DNA from: Vicugna vicugna
Lineage: Eukaryota
DNA: 64,000 bases
Assembly: GCA_013265495.1 (NCBI GenBank)
Contig: MU058423.1
Location: 9,285,627-9,349,626 of the forward strand
Direction of reading: 5' to 3'
Shown: positions 42,438 through 55,834 of the stretch, one piece after another
Layout of the letters: the number at the start of each line of letters is the position of its first letter
Numbering within the stretch: the first letter of the stretch is position 1
Notes under the pieces: generated by a model
What the model was told of the DNA's origin: nothing
What the model saw: only the letters and a program-made list of their open reading frames with translations
Databases searched by the model: none
Position numbers and translations under genes: made by a program

Positions 42438-43394
42438 AAAATTGACTTTAAAGGGTTTGAACATGCCGAATGAGAAGGGAAATTATACCATGATCTGAAT
42501 ATTGTATGTGGAAAGCAGAAGGGATGCTGGATTTGTGTAGGGCTAGTGAGGATTGCAGTTTGACTGGTCTCCTAATACATATGAAGAAAATGAGAAACTT
42601 TCAAGTCACTGAGGAAGTTGAATCATGACCTATGGAGTTTGTGCCTTATTGCATGAACAGCAGGAACCCACAATTTTAAAAAGAAGTGATATGATCAGAG
42701 CCGTTCTCACAGAAGATTAAACTGACAGAGACTTCAAGGGGCTGAAATTGGAAGCTTATTACTGGTCTGGTTTGGAGGCTATTTTAATAGTCGGGAAAGA
42801 GGTAATGAGAGCCTGAGCTATGTCAGTGGTACCAGGGATTTACTCATGAGGCAAACACTGACCTTTCTCAATAAGCCATCACTGGTGGGGAGACATACAA
42901 ATAAGCTAGTAATTACAACAGAATGGGGGTAAATGCTAGAATAAGATTCAATTCACCAGAAACACAACAATTCTGAACTTGTATAAACCTAATAAAACAT
43001 CCTCAATATTTATAGAACAAAAGTGGATAGAACTACAGAGAGAAACTGACAGATCAACAACCACAGTGGAATATTTCAGCATGTCTCAAAATTAATGATA
43101 GGTAAAGCAGACAAAATACTAATATAGATACAGAAGATTTGAATAATGTAAGTAACTTTATTGATGTTGACTCAAATCAGAGAACAACACATTGAGCAGC
43201 TGAGGAGTATACATGAATGTTTCTCCTTTCCCCTGCCCAAATTCTCTTTTACAGTCACCATTTCCCCACTTTTCGAAAGGAAGAAATACTTCTCCATCCC
43301 AAATCTTCCATGATGCGTCACCTGGGGCATAAAATATTCAGGGGGACAATCAAGATACTGGTGTTGGAAATTCTGTATGACCTTATTTATGCAT

Positions 43395-43780
43395 TGAACT
43401 AAAAAACCTAAACCTGCTGAAACACAGAACAGATTGCTGGCTGCAAGAGTCAGGATTGGGGTGAGGAAAATGGGCAAAGGAAGTGAAAAGGCACAAATTA
43501 CAGTTATTAAGATACAAAAGGTACGAGGATGTATTGTATATCATGGTGGCTATAGTAAACAGTACTGTATTATATTTTGGAAGTTTCTAAGAGAGTAGAT
43601 ATTAAAAGTTCTCTTCAAAAGAAAAAATATATAACTATGTTAGGTGGTAAATTTTAAAGTTATTGTGGTCATCATTTTGTGCTGTATTCATATATCAAAT
43701 CATTATGTTGCATATCTTAAACTTAATGCAATGTTGTACATCAATTACATTTCAATAAAAATGGAAAAAAGAAAAAAAAA
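43395..43780 (+). mobile_element. L1 3' UTR fragment (L1MA-like) with A tail
   Basis: ctaagagagtagatattaaaagttctc...catcaattacatttcaataaaaatggaaaaaagaaaaaaaaaa. Confidence 0.75.
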
Positions 43781-44204
43781 AGGTACTGGTGTTGGAGAAG
43801 GCTCTGGTAATCATAAACCTTTTATAGACCATTGTCTTTTCCTGTCCTACATGAATGTCTGGTAAGGGTGAGGCATGGCATTAGAAAAGGGGTAGTTTGA
43901 CCTTGTTGGGATGTTCCAAATTCAATAGTATGGGACAGTTGGAGTGATGACAATTATTTGACTACCCTACCTCTTTCATATTCTCATTATTATCAAGTAA
44001 TGAGTTACTCCTGAGGGAGTCAGAGCAACGCGCTCACTCAGGTGGGTGAGAGAGGAAGGCAAGGAGAACCTGGCAGAGCTGGCTCCGGTGCTGTAGCCCC
44101 CAAGCCATAGCTGTAGCCTAGCCAGGCAGACGGCTGGAGCCTCTAAGGGCTTGCTCTGTCAAGAAGCACCCACTGAGAAACAAACTGGGAGGAAATGATA
44201 GATG

Positions 44205-44613
44205 TGGCTTGACCAATAGCTGTCAATAATGAAACAGAAAAAGCTTTTCTAAATTATCAGTAACAAAGTGTATCAACTATGTTGAAGAAAAATCTTGATT
44301 ATCTTTCTCTTTTTCTCTTAGAAAATGATATAAAAAGGCACTGTCATTTGAAGAGATGATTAAAAGTATTGAGCCAAAAATTATAGAAAAAGTGTTACAG
44401 AGATATTAATTAAAATTGTTATATTTTTCTAGGTTATATGAGCTTTATAGACTATCACTCTTTTAAATATAATTTGTCATGATTTTGTTCTCACATTATG
44501 TATTTACTTTTCCATTTAATTTTTTAAATTTATAATATTGTGTTCTTTTTTCAGAGGTCTGCACCTCACATTACGCAGACCTTTGGAATAACCAAAACCT
44601 GAATCCATCCCTG
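44205..44613 (+). mobile_element. hAT-Tip100 (Zaphod-like) transposon 3' end with transposase remnant
   Basis: Frameshifted translation SFSKLS...STMLKKNLDYLSLFLLENDI...LSFEEMIK resembles the hAT C-terminal dimerisation motif; terminus aaaacctgaatccatccctg. Confidence 0.6.
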
Positions 44614-47600
44614 GATCTGATACTTTTTCTCTGTCTTTCTTTTCTTCTTTGTCTTTTTGTTTTTCTCATCATTCCTTTTTATGCTTTTTAAAAAGTAGGA
44701 CTTACACTAATATATAAGGAATGTAGAACAAAATATGATATAGAGCCCTAAATTTCAGAAAATCAGCTTTATTAATTTCTCCCTCTCTGATGTTAATATG
44801 TTGTTCTAATTATAGATGCAAAATATATACTTAATATATTTAAAGTTTTACTAACAAAATTTTCATTCTCATCTGCTTACATATAAGAACAAGATTTTTT
44901 AGTGCAATAAATATAAATGAAAAACAGAAATAGCTAAATCCTGTTCATTCTAGTAAATAAAGTAATATTAATCGAAGGATAAATTGACTTTTAAACATAT
45001 TAAAAAATATTAGATGATCAACTTAAAAATTCGTGAAGGGTACATCTTTTTTCAAATTTCTTTTAAGGGTACACAGGCAAAGACATCTGGAGATGACTGA
45101 GATTAACAAATAAATATGGAAGGCTCTCTAAATCAATCATGCAACTCCTTTAAGGGAGCTGCCATCTATTTTTAACTGTCCCCTTGGCAGATTTCAGCAG
45201 ACAGCTGTGTCAAATGGATGGAGGCTGCCTGAGGGTGTGAGGAACACTGCGTTGGCCCACTTATTTTCGGTTGTGAAACCTTCTCTTCAAACTCTTAATA
45301 TATTAAAAAAAGTAATTGAGGCTAACATGTCATAGTTTAGGGTGGAAATAGCTCTCCTTCGTGCTATGAAACAGAACATGGGGAACTACAGGCCTATACT
45401 GGCAGCGGTCTGGTCCGTTTCTCTCAAGGCCTTCCTTTCATTTGTCCTGAAATCCTTGTGTTCTTATTATCAGTACTTAGGAGTGAGTGAGAGAGAGGGT
45501 GGGATTAATCCAGACCGCCTTGACGCTGTCTTGTTGACTAGTCTGCACTGGAGGTGCCTGACCCCAGGTCAGAATTTTTCCCCATAACTGGGGCTAAATC
45601 CCTTGCTTCGGGGCTGCCTAGGGGCTGGAGCACCAGCAGTTATGATTTTTGAGAACAGGCAGTCTCACTTCCCTCATGTTGCTCTTACAGAAAAGGGGTC
45701 TATTCAAGCTGACCATGCTCCCGAATCATTGTTCTTTTCATTTCTTCCCCCAGCCACTTTCCCGGGGGCTGAATCTGTCGAATCTATCCAGGAGGCGGGT
45801 TCAGTTTAGATGATCTGCTGTCTGCTGTTTCATACTTTCTGTTGCAGTAAGCCTGGGCCCCTAATATCAGACTTCAGTAACTTAGTCTTTGAAATACACG
45901 CAGTGACTTCTGAGTGCACGTTTACCCTAGGTGGGCTGGATTAGGGTGGATCCCCTCATACACTGCCTCGTGGACTCAAAAATCAGTTTTCCCCTCCCTT
46001 GGCTCAGTTCTGAGGCTCAGCCCTGGACCCTGGTACCCCCTTTATGCTTTTGTGATAACTATTTTATAAAATGCGTTGAGTTTCTCTGTGACTAACCTGA
46101 ATCCAGGTTCCCTAACTCCAAGCCCCAGAGAAAAGGCAGTAATACTGGTTCTTTCCCTCGCAGAAGGTCTCAAGTTTCCTTAAGCACAACTCCCCTCCCC
46201 CCGGGCTGTGTTAACCAAGAGGAGAAGCTGACTTCGCTATAAGAAGGCAATGAATTTTCACACACTTGTTCTTCAGAGCTGAGGATGTGCTGAAAACTTA
46301 GATGCATAACTAAAACGCACTACTCAGTTGACTTTGCAGAGCAAAAAATTCCCATGAAAAACATGCAAAAACCCCCAAGGTAATTTTCTGTTTCCTCTTA
46401 TTCTGAAAGCATAGGGCAGCCAAAATAACAATGCTAGTAGTAATAACACTAAGCCGTGGCAGTGTGCTCCCTTATTCAGGTACGACTAGAACTGTCCGCC
46501 GTGGGAGTGAAGGCCTTGAGTGGTGCGTTTGGCTTCTCTTTTTTCACCCTCACCAGCCCTCCCAGCCTCTTGCTCCAGGTTGTATCCAACTGATGGCAAA
46601 TTTCTTCCTGAAAAGTTTGTACAGTTGGTCTAAAGTATGAAATGTATTTCTGCCCCCAATATACTGCATCCTATTCAGCGAACTTACCCTTAAATAATTC
46701 CAGTGCCTCCCCTGTCACCATTTTGTGCCCAGACACTTCCCTCCTGGAACCGTCTCTCCTCTGCTCCTCTCAGGACTGGTCACTCTCTACATGGCTTTAC
46801 AGTGGTCGTGGGGGACTTGGTCTGGCTGGTGTCATGGGTTAAATTCAGTTAACAGGATCCTAGGTATAACAAAATGTTAAGTGACATTTTTTTCTTTTGT
46901 CCCAGAATTACAGATAAAGCACAGATGTGAGAGCCAGGGGCAGTTAAGTGTTCCATAGTCTAAAAAGGGCCTTCAAGCCTCATACGTGACCTCTGGGCTT
47001 GCCAGAGTGCTGGAGGGGTGGGATTCTGTCTGAGACAAAATTAGAGGCGGGGTGGAAGCAGCCTCGGAAAGAGTGCACGGGGCTGTGTGTGTGCATGTGT
47101 GTGCGTGTGTTTACACACATGTGCAGACAGAGGTGTACTTACACTAGGAGAGTTAATTGAAACAATTGGTGAGCCTGCAAGAATCAGGTGAGGGGCATCT
47201 GATTTCTCATGTGGATGCCTGCTGAGCCACAGAACATGTCACTCTACCCTGGAGTTGTCACGGAAGTTTGGTGATGAAATTATCAGGAGAACTTGGCTTG
47301 TGCCCTCTGGAATTTGGGGCAGACGTGAATATACAGACGGGTGCCTATTTCTAGTCTTGAGAATTCTGAAGGAGTCCCTCTGAATTAGCCCCTTCTTGTG
47401 GGGCTTGAAGAGACTGTGGCAGAGTATACATTAAAGGAAGAAGGAGACATTCTCTTATCATATCCAGTTCAAGAGGACTGGGAAGTTCTTGAGGCTTCTC
47501 AGAAAGAAGCATCGAAGATAAATGAAGTGTAGGAGCCCAGGACATTTCCAGTGGCCGCTGAGCCAGCTGATAGGATTCCCAGCCTGGAGGAGCTGTGGGC

Positions 47601-48070
47601 CTGGCAGTGGTAGACAAGGACAAAACTGCCTTTCTTTGAGGTGCTTCTCAATGACAGGTTACTAGTAAGGCCGGTCCAAGAAATATAGCCTATCTTTCTA
47701 CCTGGGGACCATTTGTTCTGCCATTGGCTCTTGGTGAACCAATTTCAGTCTGAAGATTAATACACTTTGGTTTGGGTTTTGAAAATTTTGCTTGTATTAT
47801 TATTTTGAGAATATCCGTCACGTACATTTTCTCTGATTCTGTTTCTCTTTCTCTCTCTCTCTCCTCTTACTATTGATCAGATATCTCAGATAAACAGATA
47901 CTGGGTTTTCTGACTCAGTCCTCTAAATCTCTTGTTGTTTCTTGCATATATTCCGTGTATTCTATTGCTTGTCTTTTGTTCTGCTCATTTAGAGTTTTTT
48001 TTTTCTCTCTCTTTCAACTTTATCTTAAATAATTTTCATTTAAATGTTTGCTTTTGGCTCTTGAACTTTT

Positions 48071-48319
48071 CTTTGTATATAGATATTTATTGAAGTATAG
48101 TCAGTTTACAATGTTGTGTCAATTTTCAGTGTACAGCACAATGCTTCAGTCATACATGAACATACATATATTTGTTTTCAAATTCTTTTTCACTGTAAGT
48201 TATTACAAGATATCGAATATTGTTCCCTGTGCTATACAGTATGAGTTTGTTGTTTATCTGTTCTATATATATCAGTATCTGCAGATCTCTAAGTCTCAAT
48301 TTATCCCCTTCCACCCCCC
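48071..48319 (-). mobile_element. 5'-truncated L1 3' end with TSD
   Basis: ttattgaagtatagtcagtttacaatgttgtgtcaatttt...; TSD tggctcttgaa(c/g)tttt at 48055-48070 and 48320-48335. Confidence 0.85.
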
Positions 48320-51300
48320 TGGCTCTTGAAGTTTTAATTTCAAGTATTCTTTCTTGTTCGTTGCTTATTTCTTATTCACATTAACCTGTTTTTTTTTTTA
48401 ACCAGATGGAATAGCTTCTCTAATCTGAGTTTTTTTTTTTTTTACAGTTTTTTTCTGTTCCCTGAAATTTCTGTTTCTTCTGGATTTCTTTTGTCTCCTC
48501 ATAAGACATTGATAAGAGTGAGTGGGGCTTGTGAATTGCTGGCCTCTAGATCAAACCACCTCAGTTCAAAGAGAAGCTGTTTAAACCTTCTAGGCCTCCA
48601 TTATCCGTCTATAAGAGGGGTATGATAACAGTTGCCTGCCTTACAGACTTGTTGCAGAGATGAAGTGAAATAACACGTGCATGGGACACTTGCTGAGGCA
48701 GGTCCTGGAGATCTGCCTCTTGGGGTACAGAGCAAGGTGGAGGACGGAGCTGGAGGGGCAAGTGGAACGTGTCCAGTGCACTGCTCAATAAATGTTCATT
48801 CAGTCAATAATTCAGTAAATATGTATTGATTACCTAACATCTGCTGAGTCATATTTTAGGGGAGGAGATAGATTTTAAAATTAAAAAAAAAGTACTACCT
48901 GTTGCAAATTTGTATCCTTAGACGACATTTATTTTATTCCCTGCCCTTCTGCCCCATCCCTTAGTAGCCACCACTGGATTTGTGTCTTGTGGAGTTTACA
49001 ATCTAGTGAGTAGTTCTTACATTCTAATGGATAAAGACAGAAAGGTGATAATAAACATCATAAATAAGTCAATTATATAACGGGTTAAGCAACACGTGAA
49101 TAGTATAAAGGACTTAGAGGGTGCCAGTGAATGACAGGTAGGGGCGGGTAGCAGCCTGAAGAGGGAGGTTGGGTAAGCATATTGAAAAGGTGACATCAGA
49201 GCCAAGATTTGAAGGAGATGAGACAGTGAAGTCTGTAGGAGGCCAAAGGTAGGGAGATTAGTGCCTGTCGCAGGAGTCCAGATGAGATAATGGTGCATTT
49301 GACTGAGATGGTAACAGTGGAGGTGGTGAAAAGTCAAATTCTGGTTGTTTAGAAGGTAGAGTCAATAAAAGTTCCTAAGGGGTTGGATGTGAGAAACAGA
49401 GGAGTCAAGCATGATTTCAAACTTTTAGACTGAGAAATTGAAAGTATGGCGTTGCCATTAAATGAGGTGAGGAAAATGACTACCACTTGAAAGGAAAAAT
49501 TTTTTTCCCGATGGCTATTTTTTGATTTAGTTAAATAAAAAATTATAGCTGAATATAAACTAGATACATTTACTCAACATATTACAATTGTTGCAGGAAA
49601 ATATCTGGGGTTTGCCATAATCTTGTAAACCAGAGATGCTCAACCCTGATGTGTCGGCTGTGTGTCTGGATGTAACTGAAAGTATCAGAAACTGATCATC
49701 TGGGAGCCAAACACTGCAAGCTCAAGAGACGTTTGACTGTGTATACATTCTTTCTGCTTTCCTCCTCCTTGCTAACTGCAATGCCACTCGTCACCAAGTT
49801 CTGCTGGTTTTAGGTCGGAAATGACTCTCAACTCTGGACATCTCAAATGTAACTTGTCCAAGACCAGACCTGTTTTTTTCTATAATGCTGCACTTCCTCC
49901 TCATCTCCCTAAATCTTGAAATAGTTATTAATTTGATGTCTCCCATTTCTACATTCAATCCATCCAGTTCTGTCATCTCTGCCTTCAAAATATATTGTAA
50001 TTCAGACCTCATCACTTGTCCTGCTATCATCTTCTAGGTAGGTGTGAGCCATAGATGTAATGTAATAATAATGTGCATTATATACAATGTTCAGAATATG
50101 TCTTAGAGCAATCATTGAATTATGTCACTTGTTCTGCTTACGAACTCTACTGGTCTTCACACCTAGGGTAAAATCCACGGCCTTGCTGTGGCTTTCAAGG
50201 CCCCATACATCTGGTCCTAGTTCTCCCTCTGACCTCACCACTCACCACTCTCTCCCTTTCTCATTGTGCTCCAACCACACTGTCCATCACACTAGTCCTT
50301 GAGAACAACAGATATGCTCTTGCTGCTTTCTCATCCTGGAAAAATCTTTCCCCCATGTTTCTGCATGGCTCACTTTTTCAGTTAACTCAGGTCTTTGCTC
50401 AAATTATTAAGTCCTCAGATGATCACATGCTGTTGTAATTTGTATGGAGAGATAGTTGGCAGAGGATAACGTTAGAACTTATCATTCCTCCAAGACTAGC
50501 TAAGTGTTTAACCATAGTCATTTCTACAAGACCAAACACGACTGTTCAGGTTTGATAAGGCATTTGCAACTTTCTATCTCCGTGCCTCACCTGTTAACAA
50601 AAGGGAATGCTATGTTACCTAGAAGAAGAACCTGAAGACGTGGGGCATTTTTACTTTTGAAAAACCAAACTGCCTTTGTAGTATACCCCAAGGTCAAATA
50701 AACCCTAACATTGCCACATACCAGCCTCCCTGGGTGTGGATTATTAAGAAGTTACAGGACAATATGAAAGAGTCTTATTATGATTTGTGAGTTTAAATAT
50801 AAACTCAGGTATTAAAACTCCTCTGATAATTAAACTTCCTTAAAGCATTTGGATCTGTGGAGTTGCCTCCTGTTTTATTAATGCCAGACCTACCAACTGT
50901 GCCTGGGTGATGCTGACCATGAATTTCTGTACAGTGTGAAAGTGAATATATGAGTATGTGTATGTAGACAGTTGAATATGGCAATGAGTACAAGCCTTTC
51001 TCTTTAATGTCTCTTGTTTGTAGAGATAATATTCTCCCTTTTATATGATAATTTTCTCCCCCTGGGATTTCCCCAATTGCGTCAACTCTGAACTAGACTG
51101 GCTTTACACCAGACACTGTTTTAATGTAGTTCTTAAACATATTGGATCATTAGTCCTTGATAGGAAAATCTTCATCAGTATCAGTTTCAGGAGGCCTCAT
51201 TCCCCCTCCCTGAGGCCCTCACTGCTGTTTTAGGAATTGTGGGACGACTGCAGTGAGCTCTCTGGGTCCCCACGCGTCAGGGGTGGTGCTTTATGTGTAG

Positions 51301-52404
51301 TGCTTTGGGGTGGGTGGGTAGAAAGATACTAGTTCTCTCTCTCTCCTTCCAATGATCAGACAGAAAGGAAAACATGGGTTGCCATATAGGAAATAAATTT
51401 GCTCTTCTTACCTCAGTGGCCCATAATACTTAGAATTTCCTGGCATCTACTGCCACCATGTGGATATTTACATTTATTGAATTCAGACTTCAGTATTTCT
51501 CTGTTAAGACTGGTCCTAAGCCAAGACACAAAGACTTCTAAGTATGTTTTTGTGCCCTTCAGCCTCAGGTTGGCTCCTAAGTCCCCTCCAGATTCCTTGT
51601 GTTCTGAGACACAATGAGGTTCCATTATTAAACACTCTTCTCTTCTGTTGCACTCTGTTAAAGCGATACAGAAGCCATGCTGCTGACACCTCCAGGACTT
51701 TCAGTTTTTGATAAATCAGCTCGAGGCAGAGAGTGTTCAAAGTATAGTGCGCTCCAATACCCAACCCTAAACTAGACTGTCACTGGACATGAGCCTCCCG
51801 TGCTGCAACTTCTGATACATTTGTCTTTATTCCCCACCCCTCAACTCCATCCCTGATTTTGGCATCTCAACACAAAACAATCTCCACTGTCCAAAGAGGT
51901 ATAGAAAAGTTAGGCCAGAGGGAGTATTTAAATTCACATGAGGTGCCATAGTGTTTCCAAAAAAAACCCCAGTTTTGTTGAGAATCCCAAACAATGACTG
52001 AAAGTGTGCGAAATAAGATCTAGTATCCCAGAAAGGATCTTAAGACAGACAAAAAACAATATTATCATAGGTCAATGTTTCTATAGAATAGTAGAGAGGA
52101 AGACATAGGTTAAAGCAGATATACAACAAGACCGAAAAAACAGGGGCAGAGCTGGGCACAGGTGGGCTATTTATGGAAACATGTGCCTAAAGCACATTGG
52201 ATATTAAAAGTGGACCCAGACCTTACCTACTAGTGGGAGTGAACTCCCAGTATATTCTTATTTTTTATTAGCCTCATAGCACTGTGGAACTTGGGCTAAT
52301 CTTTAGAGCACTAAGACAGAAGTATGAAGCCAAAACTGGGGAGGAGGGGCAAAGACTGATCTGCCACAAGATTCAGTATGTGGAAACCTATGTGCAAAAG
52401 TAAG

Positions 52405-53030
52405 TTTTTTCCCCCGGTTTTATTGCAAAATAATTGACATACATCACTGTATATACATTTAAGGTATCTAGCGTGATAGTTTGATTTACACATATTGTGA
52501 AATGATTACCCCTGTTGGTCCAGCTAACATCCATCATCTCATATAGATGCAACAGAAAGAAAAGAAAGAAAAAAAGTTTTCTCCTTGTCATGAGAACTCT
52601 TAGGGTTAACTCTTTTAACCGCTTTCCGCTATATTACACATTACGGTTAACTATAGTCATCATGCTGTTCATTAAATCCCAGTACTTGTTTTAATCTTAT
52701 AACTGGAAGTTTATACCTTTGACCACCTTCCTCCAATTTACCATACTTCTACCTTCCAACTCTGGTAACTACAATTCTGATCTTTTTTTCTGTGAGTTTG
52801 GTATTTTGTTTCTTTTTTTTTTTGTTTTAGATTCCACATGTAGGTGGAATCATACAGCATGTCTTCCTCTGCCTGACTTATTTCATTTAGCAGAATACCT
52901 TCAAATTTCATCCATGTTGTTGCAAATGGTAGGATTTCCTCATTTTCTGTTGCTGAATAATATTCCATTGTGTGTGTGTGTGTGTGTGTATACAACTTCT
53001 TTATCTATTTATCCATCAATGGACAGTAGT
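52405..53030 (-). mobile_element. L1 3' fragment containing a (TG)n microsatellite at ~52969-52989
   Basis: ORF 52738..52995 (MEYYSATENEEILPFATTWMKFEGILLNEISQAE) matches the L1 ORF2 terminal motif MEYYSAIKKNEILPFAATWMDLEGIMLSEISQ. Confidence 0.88.
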
Positions 53031-54915
53031 TGGGTTTAAGGTTGGAAATTGGATAAAATGGATAGATTAATTAATTATTAATTACCCAATTAATAATTAA
53101 TTAATTAATTCAACAACTTCAAAAAAAACTTGCGAAGCATAGGGGGGTCATAAGGCCTGGTAAGATACATATCTGGCCCACAATAATCTTATAGTCCTCC
53201 ACAGAAATCAGATAAGGATAATAAGTCAACTAAGAACATGATAACAGAGCTGTGTCTGGAAGGACAGGAAGGAACTGGTTAGATGAAAATGTGGGGGAAC
53301 ACAGAGGAAACATTCAGTGTGACAGTCTGGAGATATGAAGACAGCTGAAACATCTGGGGCGCTGCAAAGAGTTTTCAATGGTGGGAGCAAAGAAAGTGTG
53401 TTTAAATGGCAGACGATGCCAGAGAGGTAAGCGGGAATGATAGTCTAAAGGGCTTTGAGTGATATGCCATAGAGCTTGGACTGGACTGTGCAAACAGCAG
53501 ATTTTTAATATGCAAATTATTTTAAACAGGGAACGATTTTAATTTGGGGACTGATATAATGATTGGTATTTAGAAAGATACATCCAAACCAGTGTAGTAG
53601 ATGGGGTACAGAACTGGAGGCAGGGGGACCAGTTAGGAGGCAAGAAGCAGTCAGGGCCTGAATTAAGATAGAGGTGCTAGAAAAACATGAAAGAATATGA
53701 ACTATATTGTGGAGGTAGGATAGTATTGATTTGATGATCAATAAAATGTATAGGATAAGTGAAGGGAAAAGACTATCATGAACACCAGGTTTCTAGCTTC
53801 AAGAATGGGTGGTTAGGGAAATGAATTTGTGCGTGAAGTCTGAGGAAGCTTAATGTTTAAGCTCTAAACTTTAAGAGTACAAATAGAAGTCCATGTAGGA
53901 GGCAGAATACAGGATATCTGAGTCATCAGAGGGGAACTAGGAGAAAGCAGAGTCTCAGAAGCTAAGAAAGTAAGTATCTAGAAAACTGTAGTGACTAATA
54001 GTATTCAATGCCACATGAAAATAAAGTAAGAAGACAGTTTTCTTTTGAGGTGGAGAAGGCTGTGGATGGAGCATGTTTGAAAGCAGGGGATAGTAAGCAT
54101 TGAATTTTGGACATGCCGTTAGAGATAGTAGAACATACAAGTTGAGAGTTCAGCAGAGGGGGCAGAGCTAAAGTTGCAACTTTAAGAGTTGTGGACATAT
54201 AGATGTGTTTACAGCCATGAGATTGAATGTCGTCTCCAATGAAAAGAATTTAAGATGAGGAGATGCCCAAGGACTGAAACCTAAGGTACCCCAACATTAA
54301 GAGGTCATGGAAAAATGGAGAAACCAGTAAAGGGCACTTAGATGAACCGGTGTGATGAAGAAAATCACAGAGAGCGTGTTCCCCTGGGAGTGAAGTGAAA
54401 TACATTAAGGAAGAGGAGTGATCACCATATCAAATCCTTCCAGTATGTCAAACAGAAGGAGAAGCTGTAGCTGCTGTACCCCAAGGGCAGCTCTGAGCCC
54501 TGGTAGCCCCCTGCCCCTCTGCCCAGCTCTCTGATGGTCCTGCTGATGGCCCTCAGCTCCTAGCACTGGATGGGCAGCCACTCTGGGTCTGCGGTGGCAG
54601 TGGCAGCACCTCTTTTTAGCCTGGTTGTCTCCAGCCAGGACTCTGCTGAAGCTTGGGGCTTGTACTTAGGTTCTTCTGCTTAGGAGCTTCTGTTTTGGTT
54701 TTTCAACCTGATCTAGTGATCCCACTCGAAATTTCTCTCCATTTACTTTGTGCCTTCAGTGATATTCAGAGTTCACCTACAACTACATATTTATACCTGC
54801 TGATTGACTCTTTGATACTTGGGAGTTAATAGGATGGCTGGGCTGATTCTCCAATAGGTCACCTACTCTGAAGCAAAGACGGTCTAACAATAAACCCTGT
54901 CCTCTCACCCAAAGG

Positions 54916-55834
54916 TGTGAAATAATAGAAACAATGTACGTTGGTCTCTACCTCCAGTCCTGGCACAGAGCTCCTGAAACCTTTGTAATTTCCTAAGCCA
55001 TAATGGCTAAGAACATCATTTGTTCTAATATTTGGTCTTTGATATTGGTTCCTGACCCTGAGCTCCTAAACCCTTTGCAATTTTGCATATATCTTTTGTT
55101 TTAATGAGGTGACATCTGATGTGCTCCTGGGTGAAGCCTGGTCACCAGAAAGACCAAGCTGTGATTAGAAACTTGGAACTTTCAGTCTCCCACTTCCACT
55201 CTCTGGAGAGGGAACAGGGGCTAGAAACTGAGTTAATGATTGATCATGCCTATGTGATGGAGCCTTCACAAACATCCCCCAAAGTACAGGTGCAGGGAGC
55301 TTCTGGGTTGGTGAACACATGGAGATCCAAAGAGATCCTTGTGGCATGCCTGGAGATGGCATGGGAGCTCTGTGCCCCTTCCCACACAGCTTGCTCTGTG
55401 CATTTTTTCCATCTGGGTATTCCTGAGTTATGTCTTTTTATAACAAACTGGTAATCTTGGAAGTAACCTGTTTTCCTGAGTTCTGGGAACCATTCTATCA
55501 AATTAATCGAACCCAAAGAGAGGGTTATGGGAACCTTCAGTTTATAACCAGCCACTCAGAAACCCAGATAACATCTGGACTTGCCATTGGCATCCGAAGT
55601 GGGAGGATGGGGGGCGGTCTTGTAGACCTGAGCCCTTAACCTGTGGGTTCTGATGCAGTCTCCAGGTAGATAGTGTCAGAACTGAGTTGCATTGTAGGAC
55701 ACCTAGCTGTCTCAGAGAATTGCTTGATATGGGGAAAAATCCACACACATCTGGTGTCAGCAGCGTTGTGAGTGTGGTGGTAGTATCAGAGTAAGAGAGA
55801 CACACAGGAGAAAGAATGAAATTTTCCCTAGAGA
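54916..55834 (+). mobile_element. MER21-like ERV solo LTR
   Basis: Internal tandem ttggtct...cctggcacagagctcctgaaacc / cctgaccctgagctcctaaaccc; ggtcaccagaaagaccaag; ttgcattgtaggacacctagctg. Confidence 0.75.

Noticed and set aside
51449..51464. CTCF-like motif, and another near 40574
   Set aside because: Two or more mismatches at core positions; unsupported without a matrix score or ChIP data.
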